A stretch of DNA of 64,000 nt. It comes from Candidatus Latescibacterota bacterium. Lineage in GTDB: Bacteria > Latescibacterota > UBA2968. The notes beneath the pieces are model-generated. The model was not told the DNA's origin, did not search any database, and was given only the letters and a program-made list of their open reading frames with translations. Position 1 is the first letter of the stretch. Each line of letters starts with the position of its first letter. A program made the position numbers and the translations under genes. This document shows, piece after piece, positions 55,252-63,612 of the stretch. The stretch lies in contig OZ244960.1 of NCBI GenBank assembly GCA_965222605.1, positions 6,176,001 to 6,240,000 on the forward strand, in the 5' to 3' direction.

Positions 55252-56745
55252 ATGAAGTTCATCCCTGCTCTTTTGGCTGTCCTGCTGCTAGTCGTCGGCT
55301 GCGGTGAGCCAAACTTGGACGATCCGAAAGTTCGTGATAAAATCTTCGCCGAAGCAATAAATAAGGATATCTTGCAAATCCGACGGACACCATCAGGCGA
55401 AGAAATGCCTTATGCCCCTAATGAGCAAAAGCCCTATACAGGATGGGTGAAGGATCAAAAGCAAGAACAGGGGCTTAGGCTTTTGGGGCTTTGGAGAATG
55501 AAGGATGGCAAGAAAAACGGCAAATGGACTGCGTGGTACGAAAATGGACAAATGGCATCAGAAGGAAGCTACCAAGAGGATAAGAAAAACGGCAAATGGA
55601 CTGCGTGGTACAAAAATGGGCAAATGGCATCAGAAGGAAGCTACCAAGAGGATAAGAAAATTGGCAAATGGACCGAATGGTACGAAAATGGGCAAATCTT
55701 CAAGCCCTGGCTGTCGTCAGGGAGTCTCAAAGGACGACATAGCGAGGCTGTAATTGAGGCTGTATATTCCATGGCGTTTTCTCCCGACGGTTCGATCCTT
55801 GCCTCGGGATCGGGAGTCAGCAAGACTGTGATCCTCCTCCTGGGATCGGAAGGCCACAATGGAACCATCAAGCTATGGTCAGTTGCCAAGCGACAAGAAA
55901 TTACCACCCTCAAAGGACATGGCAAGTCTGTGAACTCTGTAGTATTCTCTCCCGACGGTTCAATCCTCGCCTCAGGAGGCGGCAATGGAACCATCAAGCT
56001 ATGGTCGGTTGCCAAGCGACAAGAAATTACCACCCTCAAAGGACATGGCAAGTCTGTGAATTCCGTAGTATTCTCTCCCGACGGTTCAATCCTCGCCTCA
56101 GGAGGCGGCAATGGAACCATCAAGCTATGGTCAGTTGCCAAGCGACAAGAAATTACCACCCTCAAAGGACATGGCAAGTCTGTGAACTCTGTAGTATTCT
56201 CTCCCGATGGTTCGATCCTCGCCTCAGGAGGCGGCAATGGAACCATCAAGCTATGGTCAGTTGCCAAGCGACAAGAAATTACCACCCTCAAAGGACATGG
56301 CAAGTCTGTGAACTCTGTAGTATTCTCTCCCGATGGTTCAATCCTCGCCTCGGGATCGGGAGTCAGCAAGACTGTGATCTTTGCCTCAGGATCGGGAGGC
56401 GAAGATGGAAGCATCAGGCTATGGTCGGTTGCCAAGCGACAAGAAATCACCACCCTCAAAGGACATGGCAAGTCTGTGAATTCCGTAGTATTCTCTCCCG
56501 ATGGTTCGATCCTCACCTCAGGATCGGGAGGCAGCAATGGAACCATCAAGTTATGGTCGGTTGCCAAGCGGCAAGAAATCGCTACTCTCGGATATATAAG
56601 CTATAATAGAAGGGGTATTGTGAATTTCGTGCCGTTTTTTTTTCCTAATGTGGACGTAGCGTTTTCTCCCGATGGTTCGATCCTTGCCGTGAAAGGCTCT
56701 GGGATGATCACCCTATGGAAACGTCCCAATAGCATTCTTGACTAA
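55252..56745 (+). CDS. Lipoprotein with MORN-variant (YwqK-like) repeats fused to a WD40 beta-propeller
   Basis: Lipobox LLLVVGC; KKNGKWTAWYENGQ x3; TLKGHGKSVNSVVFSPDGSILASG..GTIKLWS repeats. Confidence 0.85.
   Translation: MKFIPALLAVLLLVVGCGEPNLDDPKVRDKIFAEAINKDILQIRRTPSGEEMPYAPNEQKPYTGWVKDQKQEQGLRLLGLWRMKDGKKNGKWTAWYENGQMASEGSYQEDKKNGKWTAWYKNGQMASEGSYQEDKKIGKWTEWYENGQIFKPWLSSGSLKGRHSEAVIEAVYSMAFSPDGSILASGSGVSKTVILLLGSEGHNGTIKLWSVAKRQEITTLKGHGKSVNSVVFSPDGSILASGGGNGTIKLWSVAKRQEITTLKGHGKSVNSVVFSPDGSILASGGGNGTIKLWSVAKRQEITTLKGHGKSVNSVVFSPDGSILASGGGNGTIKLWSVAKRQEITTLKGHGKSVNSVVFSPDGSILASGSGVSKTVIFASGSGGEDGSIRLWSVAKRQEITTLKGHGKSVNSVVFSPDGSILTSGSGGSNGTIKLWSVAKRQEIATLGYISYNRRGIVNFVPFFFPNVDVAFSPDGSILAVKGSGMITLWKRPNSILD
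55510..55697 (+). repeat. 72-bp coding tandem repeat (about 2.6 copies, MORN-like)
   Basis: Units start at 55510, 55582 and 55654; the first two differ at only two positions by eye. Confidence 0.9.
55858..56590 (+). repeat. 126-bp coding tandem repeat (about 5.5 copies, WD40)
   Basis: Units start at 55858, 55984, 56110, 56236, ~56404 and 56536; near-identical DNA. Confidence 0.93.
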
Positions 56746-56784
56746 ATGGCCTTGAAGGATAGCAGATGTTTGACTCCAAGGAAA

Positions 56785-57142
56785 TTATATAGAAGTAAAA
56801 ATAAAACCGTCACACACGTCTGGCAAAAAACACCTGACATAAGTGGCCTCATCGTGATGGGCTTTGAAGGCTTGTCCGAGGATTTCAAACAGCATCACAA
56901 AATGGGGTTTGACACGATGCACACGACGATTACTGACTGCGAGAAAGACGAACAGGAATCGCACCACACATCTTCAACAGGACAGAGGTCTTCTCGAAAT
57001 TGCCTTGAAAAAACAGGGCAGAGGTGATTGCCGTGGTCATCACTTCTGCATCTGACACTTTACATTGGGCATCTTCCTTATGCTTGCAGGCTTGAAGATA
57101 CTCGTCACAAAGCACAAAAATCGTTATTATAGTCACGTCCAT
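56785..57142 (-). pseudogene. IS982-family transposase remnant (frameshifted, truncated)
   Basis: MDVTIITIFVLCDEYL....ED.Q..VSDAEVMTTAITSALFFQGNFE continues in another frame as NRRVHRVKPHF..LFEILG...VCD; no DDE core follows. Confidence 0.8.
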
Positions 57143-57266
57143 TTTGGTTATTTTTATATGATGAGGCAAAATAGAGCGGATGTTTTCAGCTTAATATTTA
57201 TTTGACAGACGGTTTTTTTATTTCTATATGTTCAATAGATTCAATATGACGGGGAGATATTGTCAA

Positions 57267-58160
57267 ATGTTAAAAAGAATAGAAAAAGAAAATCAGCCAT
57301 TGGCAGAAGTATTCGGTCATTTGCCAACAGATTTTAGCTCGAAAGCAATACGCTATCGGAGAAATAAACTCTGTCCGTTCAATAATCAAATTCCCAATTG
57401 TACTAAGGATAAGGCAAAGGATCCCCTTGGGGTCTGTAGTATTTACAACAGAGAAAGAGCAGTCATCACATGTCCCATCCGATTTCGAGAAGATTGGATT
57501 GTCGCTGACGATGCCGCGGATTTCTTCTTTCCTGAAGGATCCACCTGGACTTCATTGACCGAAGTAAGACTGGCCGATTTTGATGGTAAGTCTGCTGGGA
57601 ATATTGACGTAGTATTGGTTGCTTATGACCGCGATGGAATAGTGTACGACTTTGGCTCTTTAGAAATTCAGGCTGTTTATATTTCTGGAAACGTAAGAAA
57701 TCCATTTACCCATTACATGTCGGATTGTAAGGCGAATGCCGCAATGGACTGGAGGCATCAACCTAACTACCCTCGTCCCGATTTTCTCTCATCGTCTCGA
57801 AAGCGTTTAGCTCCTCAACTTATGTTTAAGGGAGGTATTCTTCAGGCGTGGAATAAGAAAATGGCGGTGGCTTTGGACAGTGCTTTCTATAACACCCTCC
57901 CCGATCTCACAGAGGTGCCAAAATCTGAGGCTGAAGTAGCCTGGCTTGTGTACGACCTTGTTCTCGATGCTAATGCCACTCGATACCAGTTAACAAGGAC
58001 CAAAGTCGTTTATACAAAATTCTCAGAGGCTTTGAACGCGATAACCCGCCCGAAAGTTGGGAGAATTGAAGATTTCATGAGATTAATTCAGTCAAAGGTA
58101 GATGAGAAACAGGAATTGCCACCAAGAAATAAAATTATTGAAAATCCATTTGAAGGCTAA
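57267..58160 (+). CDS. NotI-family type II restriction endonuclease
   Basis: AEVFG, CPF...CTK...GVCS...TCPIRF four-Cys motif, EV.L, GNIDVVL, EIQAVYISG, PQLMFKG; TTGACA-17 nt-TATATG at 57202-57230. Confidence 0.85.
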   Translation: MLKRIEKENQPLAEVFGHLPTDFSSKAIRYRRNKLCPFNNQIPNCTKDKAKDPLGVCSIYNRERAVITCPIRFREDWIVADDAADFFFPEGSTWTSLTEVRLADFDGKSAGNIDVVLVAYDRDGIVYDFGSLEIQAVYISGNVRNPFTHYMSDCKANAAMDWRHQPNYPRPDFLSSSRKRLAPQLMFKGGILQAWNKKMAVALDSAFYNTLPDLTEVPKSEAEVAWLVYDLVLDANATRYQLTRTKVVYTKFSEALNAITRPKVGRIEDFMRLIQSKVDEKQELPPRNKIIENPFEG

Positions 58161-58164
58161 TCAC

Positions 58165-59082
58165 ATGCAAAAATTGCTGTTTAGTGACAAAGAAGAACCC
58201 TTAAAGGCAGTCAACGTCGCCTCGGTCCCTCAGCGCAGTCCATTTCGGTATCCCGGTGGTAAGACCTGGTTTGTTCCCAGACTCCGAGAATGGCTTCGCA
58301 GTCAGGCGCAATGCCCCAGACTCTTGGTTGAGCCTTTTGCTGGAGGGGGTATTATCTCTTTAACAGCAATTTTTGAGAACCTGGCCGAAACTGCGTTGAT
58401 GGTTGAGCTTGATGACGAGGTCGCGGCTGTATGGCAGACAATTATTGATGGTGAAGCAGAATGGCTTGCCTCAAGGATACTAAACTTTGAAATGTCGAGG
58501 GAAAACGCTATCAACGAGATCAATGCTAATAGGAGTTCAACCAAAGAAAAAGCATTTCAAACTATTATAAAAAACCGCACGTTTCACAGTGGAATTTTGG
58601 CGGCAGGAGCCGGATTTCTGAAGAATGGCGAATCGGGCAAAGGCGTTCTTTCTCGTTGGTATCCCACCACGCTTGCCAAGCGTCTGCGAACCATTAATCT
58701 GATGCGAGATAAATTGTATTTCGAGCATGGAGATGCTTTTAGGGCATTGGAACGATATAAAAATGATGAGGAAGTGGTATTTTTTGTTGATCCCCCTTAT
58801 ACTGCTGGTGGCAAGAAAGCAGGAAGTCGTCTTTATACGCACTTTGAATTAGACCATGAAGCTCTTTTTGCGACCTGTGAAAAGCTAAGAGGCGACTTTA
58901 TAATGACTTATGATAATGCAGAAGAAGTTAAAAAACTTGCGCGAAAGCATCGTTTCATGGCTAAGCCTATCCCTATGAAGAATACACACCACGCGGCAAT
59001 GACAGAGCTTGTTATTGGAAGGGACCTGTCGTGGATGCGTGGAGTTGATCGGGTGTTGGAGGATCGAAGGGAATACAAATAA
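58165..59082 (+). CDS. Dam/D12-class DNA amino-methyltransferase
   Basis: SPFRYPGGK, EPFAGGG motif I, DPPY motif IV, MTYD. Confidence 0.92.
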   Translation: MQKLLFSDKEEPLKAVNVASVPQRSPFRYPGGKTWFVPRLREWLRSQAQCPRLLVEPFAGGGIISLTAIFENLAETALMVELDDEVAAVWQTIIDGEAEWLASRILNFEMSRENAINEINANRSSTKEKAFQTIIKNRTFHSGILAAGAGFLKNGESGKGVLSRWYPTTLAKRLRTINLMRDKLYFEHGDAFRALERYKNDEEVVFFVDPPYTAGGKKAGSRLYTHFELDHEALFATCEKLRGDFIMTYDNAEEVKKLARKHRFMAKPIPMKNTHHAAMTELVIGRDLSWMRGVDRVLEDRREYK

Positions 59083-59126
59083 AGAATCCACTGCATCCTG
59101 GCAAAATAGACCAAAGGAGACTACAC

Positions 59127-59414
59127 ATGGCAAACACGATCAAACTATCTGTGGAATTTCCCGAGTCCTTAGTCGCAGGCCTTTGGATAGATGAGGCTAC
59201 AGCTTCTGCGAAAATGAAAGAAGCCGTGGTGCTAGATCTTTTTCGCCAAAAGCGCATCTCGATTCGCAAAGGTGCCGAACTATTGGGTCTCTCCTATCGC
59301 GAATTTCTGGATCTCCTCTCCCGTCGCCAAGTCCCGATCACTGACTACGAAGAGGGAGAGATTGATTGCGATTTGGAAGCGTTTAAGAAAATAAAGCAAG
59401 AGGAGGCTCTATGA
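59127..59414 (+). CDS. UPF0175 family protein (putative antitoxin)
   Basis: LFRQKRISIRKGAELLGLSYREFLDLL....VP; AAGGAG RBS. Confidence 0.85.
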   Translation: MANTIKLSVEFPESLVAGLWIDEATASAKMKEAVVLDLFRQKRISIRKGAELLGLSYREFLDLLSRRQVPITDYEEGEIDCDLEAFKKIKQEEAL

Positions 59415-60055
59415 ATACAAATTTCTCTCGCGAGGTCGTTTTGTCAGATGATGCGGCAATGGGGCGGGCGGGGATGTCGAGACGCGATTTTATCAAAGGG
59501 ATTATTGCTACAGGTGCTTCTATTTCTGCGATGGGATATGTGTTTGGAGGTTGTGCGGGTGAAATGGGTAGCGCGCCGGGCGCGGTTGAGCGGCTTATTT
59601 CTTTGAATGTAAATGGTCGCGTGCGTCACGTTGATGTTTTGCCGCAGGAAACGCTGGCGATGACGTTGCGATACAAGCTGGGGCTTACGGGGACAAAGCT
59701 GGGATGCGATCGGGGTGAATGCGGCGCGTGTACAGTGCTGGTTGATGATGTGGCGATGTATTCGTGTTCGACTTTAACCCATCGCGTTCGGGGCCGTTCG
59801 GTTGTGACCGTTGAGGGTCTTGAAGGTGAAGACGACGCGTTGCATCCGGTTCAGCGGGCATTTATTGAAGAACTGGGGCCTCAGTGTGGTTTTTGCACGC
59901 CGGGCCAGGTGATGTCTGCGGTGGCGCTGCTGAATATCAACCCGAATCCAACTCGCGAAGAAGCACGGGTTGCCATGTCTGGAAACCTTTGTCGCTGTGG
60001 TGCTTATGACAATTATCTAAACTCAGTAATGCGCGCGGCAAAGGAGGTTTCTTAA
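59411..60055 (+). CDS. Tat-signal 2Fe-2S subunit of a xanthine dehydrogenase-family enzyme (PaoA/YagT-like)
   Basis: SRRDFIK twin arginine; GTKLGCDRGECGACTV...SC; QCGFCTPG; NLCRCG. Confidence 0.93.
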   Translation: MNTNFSREVVLSDDAAMGRAGMSRRDFIKGIIATGASISAMGYVFGGCAGEMGSAPGAVERLISLNVNGRVRHVDVLPQETLAMTLRYKLGLTGTKLGCDRGECGACTVLVDDVAMYSCSTLTHRVRGRSVVTVEGLEGEDDALHPVQRAFIEELGPQCGFCTPGQVMSAVALLNINPNPTREEARVAMSGNLCRCGAYDNYLNSVMRAAKEVS

Positions 60056-62452
60056 ATGGCATATCAATTGATTGGCAAGGATTTTATGCCGCCAGATGTG
60101 GCGGCAAAGGTTACGGGCAAGGCGAAATACGCCGAGGATTTTCGCGCTGAAGGCATGGTGTTTTGCCGCTTGCTTATGAGTACAATGCCCCATGCGCGCG
60201 TTCGCAACCTCGATGTGTCTGAAGCGATGAAGATGAAGGGCGTTGTAGGTATTTTAACGGCTGATGATGTGCCCGAACAAGAAGCGCCGAATAACCCCAT
60301 TTTGACAAATAATCCCCATTATGTGGGGGATCCTATTCTGGCGGTTGCCGCGATCGATGAGCAGACTGCACAGGATGCGATTGACAAAATTGCGATTGAT
60401 TATGAACCCCTGCCCTTTACACTCGATCCCCTGGAGAGTCTTTATCCCGGCGGTACAAATGCCCGCGAAGATGGCAATATTCGCAACCGGCGTTCGGGAA
60501 GCGAGACAATCAAATGGACTGCTGGAGATTTTGTAGGTAAGGATGTGTGTCCGACGGGCAAACCCGCAACTGAGTGGTCTTATGGCGAGGTTGATCAGGG
60601 GTTTGAGAGTGCAAAATTGATCGTGGATGAGAGCTTTGTCACGGCAAATAATCCGCATCATTCGATGGAACCGCGGTCGTGCATGGCCTATTGGCAAAAT
60701 GGCAAGTGTTTCGTGTATGGCGCAACGCAAAGCCAGAGTCGTCCCACGCGCGACCTGGCCCGTCTCTTGAAGATGGAGCCTGAAGAACTGGTCTATATTG
60801 CAGAATACTGCGGTGGCGGTTTTGGTTCCAAAGGCACGGCATATCCCGTGATGGCGATTCCGCCGCTTATGTCCAAAAAAGTCGGGCAGCCCGTGATGAT
60901 GCGTATTAGTCGCGCGGAAGAGTATTTCATAGGGTCGGCGCGCCATGGTTTTCAGGGGCGAATTAAAATTGGTTTTCGCGACAATGGGCGGATCAGTGCG
61001 CTGGATATGTACGTGATTCAGGAAAATGGCGCTTATCGCGGGGGTGGTGATTGGACTGCTGCCGGCGATGCGGTTTCGCTGGTTTATACGCCCGATGCCA
61101 TGCGCTTTCGGGGGATTCCCGTATATACCAATACGCCGATTAGAGGCGCGCAACGCGGTCCTGGACAGAACCAGATCGCCTGTGTGGTCGAACCCTTACT
61201 CGACAAGGCCGCCGAGGAATTGGGCCTTGATCCGCTGGGGATTCGGCGCATCAATGCACCCGATAACGATTCGAAATACGGACGCAGGCAAGGGCCGGTT
61301 ACGAGCGTTTATATGCGCGAGGCTCTGGACAAGGGCGGCAAAGCTTTTGATTGGGCAGGGAAAAAACAAAAAAGTCGCCAGAGAAATGGTTCTAAGATTA
61401 TTGGTGTGGGAGTTGGGCAGGCTTATCACTCGGCGGGTTCAAGTAAGTTTGATGGTCTGGTGCGCCTGACGCCAGAGGGCAAATTGCACATTCATTCGGG
61501 TGTTGGCAATCTCGGTACATTTTCGCACAGTGCAACATCTCGTGTCGCCGCCGAAGTGCTGACGTGTAAATGGGAAAATTGCGTGATTGAGCGGGGCGAT
61601 ACCCGCCGCCATTTGCCGTGGAACCATGCACAGTGGGGGAGCAATACCTCGTTTACGATGACGCGCACGAATTATGTCGCGGCTGTGGATGCAAAAAACA
61701 AATTGCTGGAGATTGCGGCAATGGATCTGGGTGGCTCTCCCGGCGATTACGATTTGGCCGATGAGCGGGTTGTGCATAAAACGGACAAATCCAAAAGCAT
61801 GGGATTTGTAGAGGCGGCAAAACGCGCAATTGAACTGGGGGGGAAGTACGACGGACATGAGGCTCCTGAAGATATTAATGATATGACAAAAGCCTCGGTG
61901 GCCGCGCTTGCGGGCACGGGTTTGATTGGTGTTGCCAAAGACAATTTGAAGCACGATGGCGTTGTGCCAGCGATGGCTGTCGGGTTTGTCGAGATTGAAT
62001 TGGATCTCGAGACCGGCAAGTACGAGATTTTGGATTATGTAGGGGTTGCCGAGTGCGGCACAGTGCTACATCCGCAGGGGCTGGAGACGCAGATCAAAGG
62101 CGGTGCGGTTATGGGATTTGGTCTGGCTGCTCTGGAGCGGTACGTGTATGATCCTCAAAACGGCCTTCCCGCAAATACGGGGCTTTATCAGTGCAAGCCG
62201 CCGTCTTATCTCGATGTTCCATCTGAGATGAAAACAGAAGTGGTCGATATCGCCGATCCTCAAAATCCAGTTGGTGCTAAGGGAATTGGCGAGCCTGTGC
62301 AGGGTTGTGCCGCTGCCGCGCTTTTGTGCGCGATTTCAGACGCGCTGGGCGGGCATTATTTTAATCGCATGCCAGTGACGACCGATCATATTGTCAATGC
62401 AGCCGCAGGGCGCGAACAGTCGTATAAGGCACTGCAGGTGAATACAGTATAA
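60056..62452 (+). CDS. Molybdopterin-binding large subunit (xanthine dehydrogenase/aldehyde oxidoreductase family)
   Basis: KVTGKAKYAED, MEP, GGGFGSK, RGPG, QIKGG, GAKGIGE. Confidence 0.93.
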   Translation: MAYQLIGKDFMPPDVAAKVTGKAKYAEDFRAEGMVFCRLLMSTMPHARVRNLDVSEAMKMKGVVGILTADDVPEQEAPNNPILTNNPHYVGDPILAVAAIDEQTAQDAIDKIAIDYEPLPFTLDPLESLYPGGTNAREDGNIRNRRSGSETIKWTAGDFVGKDVCPTGKPATEWSYGEVDQGFESAKLIVDESFVTANNPHHSMEPRSCMAYWQNGKCFVYGATQSQSRPTRDLARLLKMEPEELVYIAEYCGGGFGSKGTAYPVMAIPPLMSKKVGQPVMMRISRAEEYFIGSARHGFQGRIKIGFRDNGRISALDMYVIQENGAYRGGGDWTAAGDAVSLVYTPDAMRFRGIPVYTNTPIRGAQRGPGQNQIACVVEPLLDKAAEELGLDPLGIRRINAPDNDSKYGRRQGPVTSVYMREALDKGGKAFDWAGKKQKSRQRNGSKIIGVGVGQAYHSAGSSKFDGLVRLTPEGKLHIHSGVGNLGTFSHSATSRVAAEVLTCKWENCVIERGDTRRHLPWNHAQWGSNTSFTMTRTNYVAAVDAKNKLLEIAAMDLGGSPGDYDLADERVVHKTDKSKSMGFVEAAKRAIELGGKYDGHEAPEDINDMTKASVAALAGTGLIGVAKDNLKHDGVVPAMAVGFVEIELDLETGKYEILDYVGVAECGTVLHPQGLETQIKGGAVMGFGLAALERYVYDPQNGLPANTGLYQCKPPSYLDVPSEMKTEVVDIADPQNPVGAKGIGEPVQGCAAAALLCAISDALGGHYFNRMPVTTDHIVNAAAGREQSYKALQVNTV

Positions 62453-62467
62453 GAAGGGAGAAATGAA

Positions 62468-63457
62468 ATGCCCAGAGATATGATGGCTAATTTTGAGTTG
62501 TATCAGCCCACGACGATAGATCACGCGCTGAATTTAATGGATCGCTATGGCGATGACGGTTGGGTTCTGGCAGGGGGGCAGGATAGTTTTGACTGGTTTA
62601 AGGACCGCGCCAAGAAGCCCAAAGCAGTTATCGATATTAACGGTATTGATGATTTGCACGGGATTCGAGAAACAGCCGATGGGGTTGAGATTGGTGCGCT
62701 GACCACGCTGACGGCGATCGAGACAAGTGCGCTGATTAAAGAGAAATACGGCGTGTTAGCCGATGCTGCGCGGCATGTTGCAAGCCCGCAAATTCGCAAT
62801 GTGGGAACGATTGGGGGCAATGTCTGTCAGGATGCGCGGTGCTGGTATTATCGGTATGGTCTGGATTGTTATCGCGCGGGAGGGAATACCTGCTATGCCG
62901 ATACGCCCGAGGGAATTGACCGCGAACATTGTCTTTTTGGAGCTGATCGGTGTATTGCCGTATCGCCTTCGGATACCGCACCTGCACTTGTTGCCCTCGA
63001 TGCGCGTATGATTGTTGTAAATGGCGATGGGGAAAAAGAGGTGCAGGCAGAGGATTTTTTTATCGGTCCAGATGTGGATATTACGCGTATGACGATTTTG
63101 CAACCGGGTGATTTACTCAAGTCGATTGTGATTCCCAACACATGGGCAGGGGCGCGTTTTTATTTTGAAAAAGTGGCCGAAAGGAACACATGGGATTTCG
63201 CGCTGGTCAATATTGCCGCTGCGATGAAGGTGGATAACAATGCGATTGTCGATATCCGCATGGCATGTGGCGGCGTTGCGTGTGTGCCGCTGCGATTGAC
63301 GGTTGTGGAAGAGGTGGTCAAGGGCAATCCCAAAAATGGCGCGTCTGCCGATCTCGCTGCGAGTGCGGCAAGCCGAGGGGCCACGCCGCTGAATTACAAT
63401 GGGTTTAAGATTCCCCTTATGGAAGGTCTGGTCAAACGGGCGATACGAGAGAGTTGA
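62468..63457 (+). CDS. FAD-binding medium subunit with Cys-rich [4Fe-4S] insert (PaoB/YagS-like)
   Basis: LAGGQD, IGALTTL, ASPQIRNVGTIGGN, CQDARCWYYR...C...GG..C, PSD.APAL, WDFALV. Confidence 0.93.
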   Translation: MPRDMMANFELYQPTTIDHALNLMDRYGDDGWVLAGGQDSFDWFKDRAKKPKAVIDINGIDDLHGIRETADGVEIGALTTLTAIETSALIKEKYGVLADAARHVASPQIRNVGTIGGNVCQDARCWYYRYGLDCYRAGGNTCYADTPEGIDREHCLFGADRCIAVSPSDTAPALVALDARMIVVNGDGEKEVQAEDFFIGPDVDITRMTILQPGDLLKSIVIPNTWAGARFYFEKVAERNTWDFALVNIAAAMKVDNNAIVDIRMACGGVACVPLRLTVVEEVVKGNPKNGASADLAASAASRGATPLNYNGFKIPLMEGLVKRAIRES

Positions 63458-63612
63458 TGGATATTTTTCGATATACCAGCGATGCCTGGGGGCAGCGGGT
63501 TTTAGAAGGTCTTTCGTGGGATCTGATCGGGTATTTTGCAGGTGTGGGCGTTGTATTTATTGTTTTGCATTCGGGTTATATGCACTTTTTCGTGAAAAAA
63601 AACGGTCAATGA
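63457..63612 (+). CDS. Small single-TM protein (51 aa), possibly the N-terminal part of the following cytochrome b
   Basis: MDIFRYTSDAWGQRVLEGLSWDLIGYFAGVGVVFIVLHSGYMHFFVKKNGQ*; TGATG overlap upstream and ATGA overlap downstream; absent from the ORF track. Confidence 0.7.
   Translation: MDIFRYTSDAWGQRVLEGLSWDLIGYFAGVGVVFIVLHSGYMHFFVKKNGQ

Noticed and set aside
55858-56590. CRISPR array or DGR template/variable repeats
   Set aside because: The repeats are contiguous, in-frame 126-bp coding units with no unique spacers. There is no cas or reverse transcriptase gene in the window, and the differences are mostly synonymous rather than adenine-specific.
55641-56606. Long alternative-frame and antisense ORFs (308 aa minus, 243 aa plus)
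   Set aside because: They stay open only because the repeat unit lacks stops in those frames; they shadow the WD40 gene.
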